Source: a virus. Taken from it: a stretch of DNA of 64,000 nt. A program made the position numbers and the translations under genes. The DNA lies in IMG/VR virus record IMGVR_UViG_3300020159_001932, positions 32,001 through 96,000 of that record; one strand, 5' to 3'. The notes beneath the pieces are model-generated. The model made no database searches and was not told the DNA's origin. It saw only the letters and a program-made list of their open reading frames with translations. This document shows positions 39,101-46,388 of the stretch, piece by piece; positions within the stretch are counted from its first letter, which is position 1, and each line of letters starts with the position of its first letter.

Positions 39101-40557
39101 ATTTGAACAGTTTGGTTAGGAAGGAACATTGTTCCATCTCGGAGCCAAGGTCCACTTTGATTTGTACAGTTTTGAATATATGGTGATTGGAATAAGTCAA
39201 TTCTGTTGTCGCCAGTCTGTGGAGGGAAGGCAGCACAATATGCTCCTCTATTAAATCCTTCAGTGTATTGACCTTCTAATCTGCCGCTACGGCCATTTAA
39301 GAAATTCATGTAATTTAAATAACAACCGCTGTTTACATGAAATAAATCTTGTGTTTTGTTTATAGGTTCAATAAATGTAGTACGAATATCACTGCCACGC
39401 ACACTGGTGTAGGGTTTCATAACCAGAGGATTGTCTTCTAAGTATCTTCCTGCACTTACTAATATTTGTGTACCTGGCTGATAATACGGACTATTCATTG
39501 CACCACCAATTGTACGGCATGCTCGACTAGCATCCATTGCACGGCCATCGTTGGTGTCGTTGCCGTCCATGGTTACATACAAAGTATTTGTAACCACTGG
39601 TGCAGTTCCTATAGGATTTTGGCCTCTTACACGAATATCACCAAATACATCTGTCATTCCGCCGCCGGGTGCAATCGTTAAATTGCTTGCAGTACTGCCT
39701 AAAAATTTAGAATATATTTTGTTTAAATATGCATCAGCCCAAGCATAGTCTTGTCCACCAATAGATCCTGTGTTATCCCCAGCAGAGTAAATATTTCCGC
39801 CAACATTAATGTCAGCGCCAATACCAGCTCCTCCTGTTACTACTAATGCACCATTGTCAATAGAAGTAGAATTGGTGCTATCTTCTATGGCAACTGCACC
39901 GCCAATATTAACATCACCTAATACTCCAGCTCCTCCTTCAACGGTAAGTGCTCCTGTAGTTGGACTTGATGATACCTCACTGGATAATATTGCTATTCTG
40001 TCTGTTGAAATTTTTCCAGTGTAGGGGTTATATCGCAGGCCTCCAACATCTAAGTTTTCATCAAAGGGATCTGCATAAAGTTGTGCTCCTTGCAAGACCA
40101 AACCTTCTGCATCTGTAAACAATGGATAGAATTCTTGATCTTCATTTGTTTCTAGAACAGCAATGTTTGAGGAGGTAGTAGCGGTGTTTGCCGCAGCGAT
40201 TCGACCATAAATGAATCCACCTACTGCAAGATCTTTTTCAATGCCCACACCGCCATCAAAATATGCTTGTGCTAGTCTACGTTGTGCAGTAGTACTGAAT
40301 AAACTCTGATCAATTGGATATAAAGGATCGCTGCCAGAGGGATTGCTAATGTTTCCGACGTTGGCGCTGTTACTTCTTACAAGAACAACTACCCCTGTAC
40401 TACCAACAACACCAAGATTTCCAACTGCTCCAACAAAGTTAGATTGTATTAATGTAAGAGTATTAGCTTGTGTAAACCTGGTAATTCCAAGTGGGGACGA
40501 TACTGAACCGCTTTGCGGTGCAACTGCTCTTGTTCCCGATTGTCTTGTTCCAGCCAT
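33142..40557 (-). CDS. Giant virion structural protein, 2471 aa: fibre-like N-terminus, beta-helix-like scaffold and nine helical CxRD repeats (phycobiliprotein-like)
   Basis: LYVTMDGNDTNDG...RTI..A...ILVSAGRYLE beta-helix cap; repeated Y...CxRDxGxI..xxxDxxxGG units. Late box AATAAATA at 40576-40583. Confidence 0.8.
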   Translation of the reverse strand: MAGTRQSGTRAVAPQSGSVSSPLGITRFTQANTLTLIQSNFVGAVGNLGVVGSTGVVVLVRSNSANVGNISNPSGSDPLYPIDQSLFSTTAQRRLAQAYFDGGVGIEKDLAVGGFIYGRIAAANTATTSSNIAVLETNEDQEFYPLFTDAEGLVLQGAQLYADPFDENLDVGGLRYNPYTGKISTDRIAILSSEVSSSPTTGALTVEGGAGVLGDVNIGGAVAIEDSTNSTSIDNGALVVTGGAGIGADINVGGNIYSAGDNTGSIGGQDYAWADAYLNKIYSKFLGSTASNLTIAPGGGMTDVFGDIRVRGQNPIGTAPVVTNTLYVTMDGNDTNDGRAMDASRACRTIGGAMNSPYYQPGTQILVSAGRYLEDNPLVMKPYTSVRGSDIRTTFIEPINKTQDLFHVNSGCYLNYMNFLNGRSGRLEGQYTEGFNRGAYCAAFPPQTGDNRIDLFQSPYIQNCTNQSGPWLRDGTMFLPNQTVQIPLAIGLSSWGSNTASIVVNVQSGSISIGQSINAGKQTQGFFNARTLLLANKPFIQSQTVAWVDATFNSGSFSYNQIKCYRDTGLIVDAIAQDMLQDSTSDSTFAGLQYWNQGTYTGDIPNEITATIAAITFVKNSAVTLATGAGGAGQGTIVGNNFDIILGILNTGTVGVTDQVISNGLPSTNVNTVAAYNAIISNIETIKDNTINYIDSNNLVPLYSYDQAKCSRDTGLIVDAVAQDVLFGGRSQSAFAGIQYWNQDNYVGTIGSEITTTTNAINYLNSLAQKIVQNDVTGLRYQSTVTQNISLPAATSAEATTLSTDFSVITNILSSGTAGVTDIIVPNSLTASTITNVINAYNLLQANRNYLKAEVIAFVESTKTLGFVYDQEKCARDVGYMLDSISIDLLYGGNRQAVQSGVYYYGYTGNTAISGQTVQTTAAYNYLKELLYYVVQGIEVPAPFGATPQDTSSVTPGTIQEALVAQGNIDYITSIISGGPGVVEEKTPLGLAESSSENVRNAAAIIHANRAFIQSELIAYINDTFVYGYSQTKCRRDVGYILESVAYDLLHGGNLQSIKSGVYYYDNNSTSTLGSPNEIPATTAAYNFIKSIVPSIVRGDQILSPYQLSVPQVYVGYNAGTNFEIETLQHNIDTITNIIRNGPSVVGERVPINLATNTSTGVLNSYDILMANRTFIQSEVIAFLNQTLNTFNYNRQLCYRDAGILVENMAYDMAFGGNEKSIESGKAYYRGVTSVIAGQEVQTIGAIDYISYLSQLIVQNDTCPILVPPANIPVGTQVINTVLTGGEITTSSIKKLFNITTDIILNGPDAAPELFKGPGPDAAFVSAEVLLQANRSFIQESVIKHINYFLCDPPKSLPYNQIKCRRDTGIIIDSIATDLLFPTPTNSQATFSGIQYFNQGNYVGAIKEQLGPTINAITYLRDLSVKVVQNITTATDALVGITRYTNGIQTTSSNYASSAEIDTIRSEFGNILTILNGKTNGWTDLIVPDTGQESNLPSVKNTVNLLLANTNYMADEVVAFVNATNPGFTYSTSTCARDVGYIIQSICFDLLYGGNRQSIQSGLCYYSNIGAETVIPSETTATVDAFTFLANLASTLVQGQTYYPLQTRVRPVTNLPVSDSLNAQNLINIVNTLTNIIANGPGVASDLVPVSLTMSVSKPTRYAHSILKANRKFMIEETITYLDQTYNPNSFNYNQELCYRDTGLIIDAVSQDILLGGNQKSIEAGLSYWNQGYNYVAGQESTTTAAINYARDLALQVIANTPVTTITGTVSTQIINPFYQYGGDYMPQQAISRNFGIITNIIERGPSVAPPVYAGGGLFALNGINGSSVTIATKVTSVEEVSEGIFKVGLDKPTVGFGDNSTLYFGDTLIYPLQDNQVEELCLDLGLDTNTWNERKVDPIGAMGGALIDGAVISDRSPIQSFVFDAYTQLNQGGIGVKVTNNGYSQLVSVFTIFCSIGVLCDNGGIASITNSNCNFGDLSLVAKGYGPRSFSGTVFNPSFRAYPFSPNVPGSAYLDQFYPNGYWPNNGGSVEIFVPDSENRPHIGQVMEVVPPEGHLNEQNFPGFLNVFPSTSTLTTGTINLTNINTTDVYIGNTLRIRDQFGREYDDNGVWYAATGTVVTDVNYNSISLNQALTSGGGDVTNPTFFTLYFCGNSYYTVQTSQIAEGPYAPNTNILSANADPFFEGPATSQVAAHVTTLNYLKSVVDDVIGNIAVTPTAGNTATQVINFTVAGGSNSQAFIDLRFTQMINIINAPNISVAKTVVPQNAITTSGTIPEGAGSAVTLIENNINFISKEVAAYVTLNLAGGLGSYNQDKCIRDIKLILQQLIYDLQSGGNYNMVFSGLSYWSRPGTYHIVQLGEAVNRPDLFPDGSTVNFYQRSYISASGYLFEYVGAGTNYGALPQRGVADPVQSKETVQLNSGKVFFTSTDQNGDFRIGPGLVISQATGVLSGRTFVQSLYANMTPFILAIT
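35130..38985 (-). repeat. Eight tandem ~160-aa helical repeats, each with CxRD
   Basis: Cys at residues 564, 710, 874, 1034, 1198, 1364, 1535 and 1698 (spacing 146-171 aa). A ninth copy is at residue 2317. Confidence 0.92.
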
Positions 40558-40587
40558 TATCTTATTCCTTTAGGGTATTTATTCGTT

Positions 40588-41097
40588 TTAGTATATGTAT
40601 AATTCAACTGAGCTAATCTTCGGAGTTGTCTTATGTGGCCAAGCTGGATGACTTTGAAATCTTAATACTACTCCAAATGTAGGGTCTTGCACCATTGATC
40701 TATCTAAGTTAGTTACATTCCATTTATCAATACTACTTCCATATACTTTTTCTGGGTGTACCTCTAAATTGGCTCGATTATCTCCGATAAGAGTTTCATT
40801 CAGGCATAGTTGTACAGTCTCATCTGTAATTCTTCCGCCGCGGTTTATTAAAACTTTGCATTCAATTCCCGATATAGTATCAGGTAGATTTTCAAAATTA
40901 AATCCTGATGCTCGTAAAAAATAAGTTTTCATTTTAATATCATTACGAGGTTGTCGTGCAATATGCAACAACGGTGACGATGTAGATATAGAAGTCCCGG
41001 ACAATATTAACGAAACATCTGCGCTATTCCACGTAATGTGCGATTCATCTTCTGCATATTGTTCAAGTATAGATGGGGATGTCCAATTGGTGCTCAT
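40588..41097 (-). CDS. Hypothetical protein, ~169 aa
   Basis: Start moved to ATG 41097 (MSTNWTSP). The track's start at 41136 lies inside a terminator, and a GGTAAATA box sits at 41102-41109. Confidence 0.7.
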   Translation of the reverse strand: MSTNWTSPSILEQYAEDESHITWNSADVSLILSGTSISTSSPLLHIARQPRNDIKMKTYFLRASGFNFENLPDTISGIECKVLINRGGRITDETVQLCLNETLIGDNRANLEVHPEKVYGSSIDKWNVTNLDRSMVQDPTFGVVLRFQSHPAWPHKTTPKISSVELYIY

Positions 41098-41130
41098 CCT
41101 GTATTTACCAGATATTATTATCTGTGCATA

Positions 41131-41160
41131 AAACAAAAAGGACTCCTAAGAGTCCCTTTG
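41131..41160 (-). terminator. Intrinsic terminator
   Basis: GGACTC-TTAG-GAGTCC followed by TTTTTGTTTT on the - strand. Confidence 0.82.
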
Positions 41161-41177
41161 CTTAATTTAATTTAAAA

Positions 41178-41846
41178 TTAAACGTTGGCAATTGTAACAA
41201 TTCCTGTAGCAGGACTTGTAATATTCCAACCAACACTTTGATTGTTGTTATATAAGAAACTACCGCTTGCTGTAGATTGTGTAATAATTGCACGGCGTGC
41301 TGTTAGTTTTGTAACATAGTATGTGCTACCGTTTCCGTCTGTAGCAACTAGGTTCATTTCACCAGCAGCCAATGTACTTGTGTTAACAAGTTTACATTGG
41401 CCAATACCGTCTGATGTTCTAACTAGATAACGCTTACTAGCTTCTTGTTTAACAATATCAGCAATAAGTGCGCTACCACCTGGCAAATATGCTCTTGTGT
41501 TTAAACCATTTTGAAGAGTAGTAGTCATTGTATAGGTAAATGTAGCCACTGTACCAGTTGTTCCGCCTGTAACAGTTGCAGTAGGCGTGCTTGTATAACC
41601 ACTACCACCGTCTGTTAATGTTACTGTTGCAACATTACCTAAATTATTTGTTGTTACATTACCAGTTGCAGTTTGTCCTCCTGCAATTTGTGGCGCTGTA
41701 AATGTTAAACTAATTGTTGTACTAGTTGTATAAAGTGTACCAGTATTGTTGTTAGCAATAGTAGCAACACTTTCACCACCTACGCCTTCGCCTGTAATTG
41801 CTACGTTTGTGTTAGCAAAAAATTTCTTTTTAATTGGACGTCCCAT
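41178..41846 (-). CDS. Putative virion (head decoration-type) protein, 222 aa
   Basis: Directly after the major capsid gene, with strong AAGGAG. Thr-rich, with a VTLTDGGSGYTSTPT structural motif. Confidence 0.6.
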   Translation of the reverse strand: MGRPIKKKFFANTNVAITGEGVGGESVATIANNNTGTLYTTSTTISLTFTAPQIAGGQTATGNVTTNNLGNVATVTLTDGGSGYTSTPTATVTGGTTGTVATFTYTMTTTLQNGLNTRAYLPGGSALIADIVKQEASKRYLVRTSDGIGQCKLVNTSTLAAGEMNLVATDGNGSTYYVTKLTARRAIITQSTASGSFLYNNNQSVGWNITSPATGIVTIANV

Positions 41847-41923
41847 TTTGTTTCTCCTTAAAATATAATGACGTTCTAGGTCTACGCAGATGGAACTGCA
41901 TAATACTTAGAATAGTATTTAAC

Positions 41924-41948
41924 AAAAAACCCGCCGAAGCGGGTTTTT
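41924..41948 (-). terminator. Intrinsic terminator after major capsid gene
   Basis: AAAAACCCGC-TTCG-GCGGGTTTTTT, a C(UUCG)G tetraloop plus U-tract. A GTTAAATA late box follows immediately at 41916-41923. Confidence 0.92.
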
Positions 41949-41974
41949 GTTCTGCATTTAAAGCTAGTAATGAA

Positions 41975-43162
41975 TTACTTATAGCTTGTATTATCAGAAT
42001 TGATAGACACCTTACCTAGGTAGTCGGCAGCGTTACCTAAAGAAGACGCTGTGTTTGTTAACTCGACGTAACCGTAACGAGTTAAGAAGCCAACTACTGG
42101 CTCGAATGTTGCTGGGTCTAGAACAACACCAGAGCTCATTAGAGGAATGTATGGGCAATAGAACGCAGCAGCGTCTGCTTCGCTAGAACCTTTGTATCCA
42201 ATTAGAACTTGGTTGTCTTCGATTGTTTGTGAACCACTGTCTGGTAGATAAGCATCAACATAAATTCTCATAGCACCGTTCAATGTACCAACAAACTTGG
42301 TGTTTGTTGGAGCTTCGAATGTACCTTCTGTTGTACGAGCAAATGCGCTGGTAGTAGCAGACTGTAGAATTGTTAGAGCTTGGTTAGAAACAACAGCCCA
42401 GTTACCTGCACCACGACGTGTACGCTGAGCAATTAAGTTAGCAACACGGTTGATTTGGATAGCAAGAGCAGCGTGCTCGTCACCGACGAATGTAGCTGTA
42501 CCAGAAACTAGAGCTTGGTCATATGTTTCTTCTACTGTACCTAGAGCACGTAGGCTTGCTAGGATTTCTTGGTCAATTTCAGCAGTAATTTCTTGTGCTA
42601 GAGCAGCCATGATTTCTGCTTCGATGTCAATACCTTGTTGGGCTTGTGCATCTTGAGCAGCTTCAAAAGTCCAACGAGCAGATAGCTTGCGGCTCTTTGC
42701 TTCAACTGGGCTCTTCAAGATTTGAATGCTCATACGCTTACCTGGTTGACCTTCTAAAGTAGAAGTAGCAGCAGCACGTGGTGTTGTTGCATTGTCGTTA
42801 CCAGAATATGCCTGGGCAATCTTGAATGGGCTTAGTGCCTCTTCACCTGCTACAACTTCGTTACTGGAATCAGCATAACGAACACGTAGAGTATGAATTT
42901 GACCAACTGGACCTGTCATTGGCTGAACACCAATAATTTCGTTGGCAATAACTGTCGGCATAACACGACGAATTACTGGAAGAATAACACGGTTAAGTGT
43001 TGCAACGTTTCCTGCGCTTGTTGCACCTGCTGTGGCACTTTCACCCAAGTACTTGCGTGTGTTTTCTAGGCATACTGCCATAGAACTGCGACGGGTACCG
43101 GCTAGGCCTTCAAGCAGAGCCTCTTTGGTCTCTGACCATCTTTCATTTAATAGTTGTGACAT
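41975..43162 (-). CDS. gp23: Major capsid protein (gp23-like)
   Basis: VIRRVMPTVIANEIIGVQPMTGPVGQI, VEAKSRKLSARWTFEAAQD, EITAEIDQE, FYCPYIPL, TRYG motifs. Confidence 0.98.
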   Translation of the reverse strand: MSQLLNERWSETKEALLEGLAGTRRSSMAVCLENTRKYLGESATAGATSAGNVATLNRVILPVIRRVMPTVIANEIIGVQPMTGPVGQIHTLRVRYADSSNEVVAGEEALSPFKIAQAYSGNDNATTPRAAATSTLEGQPGKRMSIQILKSPVEAKSRKLSARWTFEAAQDAQAQQGIDIEAEIMAALAQEITAEIDQEILASLRALGTVEETYDQALVSGTATFVGDEHAALAIQINRVANLIAQRTRRGAGNWAVVSNQALTILQSATTSAFARTTEGTFEAPTNTKFVGTLNGAMRIYVDAYLPDSGSQTIEDNQVLIGYKGSSEADAAAFYCPYIPLMSSGVVLDPATFEPVVGFLTRYGYVELTNTASSLGNAADYLGKVSINSDNTSYK

Positions 43163-43179
43163 TTATTGTCTCCTTGAAA

Positions 43180-44274
43180 TTATTTTGTAAGACCCGCCAA
43201 CTTGCGGATATCTACAATATTGTCTAAGCCTACCTCGGGCTTGCTTTCACGATTTCCTGTTATTTCTGCACCTTCTGATAACATTGCTTTTTTAGGAGCA
43301 ACAGATTTTCTTTGGCCTTCCATAACTGCTGGTAGGTACTTGTCGAAAGCCTCATTTAGTTTCCTAGTCTGAACAGACTCAAGAAGTTCTTTCATGATCT
43401 CTCTTTTACTAGCATCTAACGGTGCTAGCAACTCGCCCATAACTGCCTTACGTTCCATCAAGTCTTTTGTTACTCGAATTTCGCGCTGGGTAGATTCTAC
43501 TAGAGATTCTTTTTCTGCTACGGCTTGTTTTGCTTCTGCAAGTTCTTGCTCTTTCTTAGAAATAATCTTTAACAATTTACTTGTTTCAGACTTTTCATTT
43601 AGATAAGAACCGGCAAACTCTTGTGCAAATGCTTCATAAATTTTGCGACCAAAGTCGTTGTTACGGGCACTGTCAATATCTTCTTTCAATTGCTTGATTT
43701 CAGTTGTTAACTTATTTGTGACTGTATTTTCAACTACCTTAGAGGCATGTTTGATAAAGTTTTGCTTAATATCTTCAAACTTGCTTTTTGCTTCGCGAAC
43801 TAACTTGACTTTTGTTTCTGCTAGGTCCTTCTTGTCAACAGCAAATTCATTGATTTCTTTTGCTAGAGCGTGAACCACAAATTGCTCTAACTTGCTAAAG
43901 TTCTCGGAAACTTTTTTACGGTCACCTTGGAACTCAACTAATTCTTTACCTAATTGATTAATAACAAACCCTTCTAACTTCTTAGCATCTTCAGAAATAC
44001 GTTGTGTATATCTTGCTTTTGCTTCGGCTAGTGCCTGTTTGTCGTTATACAATTCGGACATCTCAGCAACCAATCTGTCGCTTAACATCTTGTCGATTGC
44101 TTCAACCATAAGACTCTTATCATGAGTATATTTTTGAGCAAACTCTTCACGAAGTTCTGCGGTGATTTGGTCGCGATTCTCTTGAATCTTAGCAGCAAGG
44201 GCGGCTTCGACAACATTTTTTGTCTCTTCCGTCATTACGCCTGACTCAACTAATTGTTTGAATGCGTCCAACAT
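43180..44274 (-). CDS. gp22: Prohead core scaffold protein (gp22-like)
   Basis: Coiled-coil, Glu/Lys-rich, GRKIYEAF..EF motif. Lies between protease and capsid genes. Confidence 0.85.
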   Translation of the reverse strand: MLDAFKQLVESGVMTEETKNVVEAALAAKIQENRDQITAELREEFAQKYTHDKSLMVEAIDKMLSDRLVAEMSELYNDKQALAEAKARYTQRISEDAKKLEGFVINQLGKELVEFQGDRKKVSENFSKLEQFVVHALAKEINEFAVDKKDLAETKVKLVREAKSKFEDIKQNFIKHASKVVENTVTNKLTTEIKQLKEDIDSARNNDFGRKIYEAFAQEFAGSYLNEKSETSKLLKIISKKEQELAEAKQAVAEKESLVESTQREIRVTKDLMERKAVMGELLAPLDASKREIMKELLESVQTRKLNEAFDKYLPAVMEGQRKSVAPKKAMLSEGAEITGNRESKPEVGLDNIVDIRKLAGLTK

Positions 44275-44290
44275 TTATTTCTCCTCGGGC

Positions 44291-44923
44291 TTATTTTAGA
44301 CCTTTAATAACATTAAGGAGTGCTTCCTTAAGGTATTTCTGGGCCTTTGGATCTTCTTTAACTTCTTGTGCAACACGGAATGCTCTTGAACCGCCACGAG
44401 CATTCATTAAATGCTCGTAAACTGGTGTAGGATACGCACCGGGCGCACTTGGTTGAGCAACTACGTCTACTGTAATAATCTCAAAATCGGATACATGGCC
44501 GTTCATGTCGTTTACGTTGCCGCTACCACGAGAACTTACACCAAGTTTTACACCACTTTCAAGCATAGTACGTACTAAATTGCCCATTGGAGTAGGTAAA
44601 ATTTTCATTTTACCATATCCATTAGGACCTTCCATCCACATCTGAGTAATCATATGTGACACACGGTCCAAATTCACTTTGAGATCATCAGGATGATCGA
44701 CTTCTCCAAGAACACTATAACCATTTTGAATTTGATCATTAAGTGTTTTCACAGCACGTTCAATTTCGTCTACAGGGTAGACACGTTGATTGGCGTTGCG
44801 AATACCACCTTGAATAGCAATACCCTTCAGGTGAAGTGTTTTGCCATCCTTGTCGTCAGACTCGAGTACTACTCCAGCCTGATCAAAACTTAGGTGTTCT
44901 CTTAAATAAGAAATTTGTCTCAT
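44291..44923 (-). CDS. gp21: Prohead protease (gp21-like)
   Basis: NANQRVYP, GEVDHP, VSH, TPMG, GVSSRGSG, TVDVVAQPSAP motifs. Confidence 0.96.
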   Translation of the reverse strand: MRQISYLREHLSFDQAGVVLESDDKDGKTLHLKGIAIQGGIRNANQRVYPVDEIERAVKTLNDQIQNGYSVLGEVDHPDDLKVNLDRVSHMITQMWMEGPNGYGKMKILPTPMGNLVRTMLESGVKLGVSSRGSGNVNDMNGHVSDFEIITVDVVAQPSAPGAYPTPVYEHLMNARGGSRAFRVAQEVKEDPKAQKYLKEALLNVIKGLK

Positions 44924-44936
44924 CCAGTTTCTCTAA

Positions 44937-45944
44937 TTAACTATTTTGCGGTAAGAATTGACGCTTTGTAGCTGGATCAATACTTGTCTGACCAGCTTTG
45001 TCACCTGTACCAGCACCTACTGGGCCTGGACCGGAACCTTTCTTCTCAGCACCGTGACCGCCGGCAACTTTGCTTAATGTCTTAACGCCAGACTTTTTAC
45101 CGTCAACGTTTTGTAGACCACTAGCAAACTTTTCACCAGACTCAGGGTTAATACCCTTCATGTGCTTGGCTGGGCTTGTACCTGTGTTAGTACCAGCGGC
45201 TGTTTTTTGGTCGCCTAGAATGTTGTGTGCTGTTGCACCAGTTGTTGGCTTACCTTTGCCAGAACTGATTGGGCTTCTTGTGTTAGTACCGGAAGGCATT
45301 GCGTCACCAGTATTTGCACCAGCGATACCACCTTCGGCAGCACCTCGCTTATCAGCACCGTGACCGTCACTTACTTTTTCACTGTACTCACGTAAACGGC
45401 GACCTTCAAATGCTGGTTTACCCATCATTTCGTCTCCGCCCATTTCGTCATCACCAGCTGAAAACTCGTCGTCTCCATCTGCACCACCGCCTTGTGCTTG
45501 CTCTAATTCAGCAAACGCGGCTTCTAATTCTTGAATAGCATTCTTGATATCAAAAATTGCTTTGTCTTCTTGGTCTTCGGGTTCTTCTTCATCACCCATA
45601 TCGCCCATTCCAACATCACTGCCTAGATCGTCTGTGGCATCACCACCTAGATCATCTTCTTCGTCGTCACCGTCCATCATGTAAGAATCTTCTAGATCCA
45701 TACTTTCGTCGGCTTCTTCGTCAGCAGATTCGTCCATTTCCTCTTCGTCGGATTCGGCGGACTCTTCCATTTCTTCTTCATCGGACTCTTCAGATTCGTC
45801 CATTTCTTCCTCATCTTCTTCTGCGATAAGGTTTTCGTAAATTTCTCTAGACTTCTCAACAACGATTTCGTGGAAAAGTTCATTGGCTTTATCCATTTCT
45901 TCGTTTACAAGTAAGTCCAACAATTGTTCAAATTTGGTAGACAT
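44937..45944 (-). CDS. Highly acidic prohead core/internal protein, 335 aa
   Basis: D/E-rich N-half and G/K-rich C-half, in the position of T4 gp67/68 core genes. Confidence 0.65.
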   Translation of the reverse strand: MSTKFEQLLDLLVNEEMDKANELFHEIVVEKSREIYENLIAEEDEEEMDESEESDEEEMEESAESDEEEMDESADEEADESMDLEDSYMMDGDDEEDDLGGDATDDLGSDVGMGDMGDEEEPEDQEDKAIFDIKNAIQELEAAFAELEQAQGGGADGDDEFSAGDDEMGGDEMMGKPAFEGRRLREYSEKVSDGHGADKRGAAEGGIAGANTGDAMPSGTNTRSPISSGKGKPTTGATAHNILGDQKTAAGTNTGTSPAKHMKGINPESGEKFASGLQNVDGKKSGVKTLSKVAGGHGAEKKGSGPGPVGAGTGDKAGQTSIDPATKRQFLPQNS

Positions 45945-45986
45945 GTAATTAATTCTCCTTAATTGGTAGCGGCAAGGCTGTGCGTG

Positions 45987-45994
45987 TATTTACA
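45987..45994 (-). promoter_or_regulatory. Late promoter TGTAAATA for the head operon
   Basis: TAAATA box upstream of AAGGAG and ATG 45944. Confidence 0.6.
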
Positions 45995-46127
45995 GCATAG
46001 ATAATTTTTGCACTAGAAATAGGCCTAAAACGAGTCGTTTTAGACAAAATGACGCAGAGTTTCCTCTGGATTTGATATTTTTTGTTAAAAATATTTAGTT
46101 TTTAACAAAAAAAGTTATCTAACATGT

Positions 46128-46373
46128 TTATGCAGGTGCTGCTTCGGGTGGCGGTGCAGCGTACATTTTTCTAACTAGACCAAGTTCTTCACGTTTTTCT
46201 TTATCGTGAGCTTCGGCAGCCTTACGTATGTTGTTGATCATACCTAAGGTCAAACGAGTTTTACGAAGATCACTACTTTTTAAGACGCTGGTATCATGTT
46301 TACTAATGTACCTATTATCGTCTTGAGGATCTCTATGATCACGATTAAAATAAATGAATTCTCTTAATATCAT
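46128..46373 (-). CDS. Small head-module hypothetical protein, 81 aa
   Basis: MILREF...RKTRLTL..IN.IRK...V.KMY. Follows the portal gene; AATAAATA 5 nt upstream. Confidence 0.75.
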   Translation of the reverse strand: MILREFIYFNRDHRDPQDDNRYISKHDTSVLKSSDLRKTRLTLGMINNIRKAAEAHDKEKREELGLVRKMYAAPPPEAAPA

Positions 46374-46388
46374 AGTTCTATTTATTCT

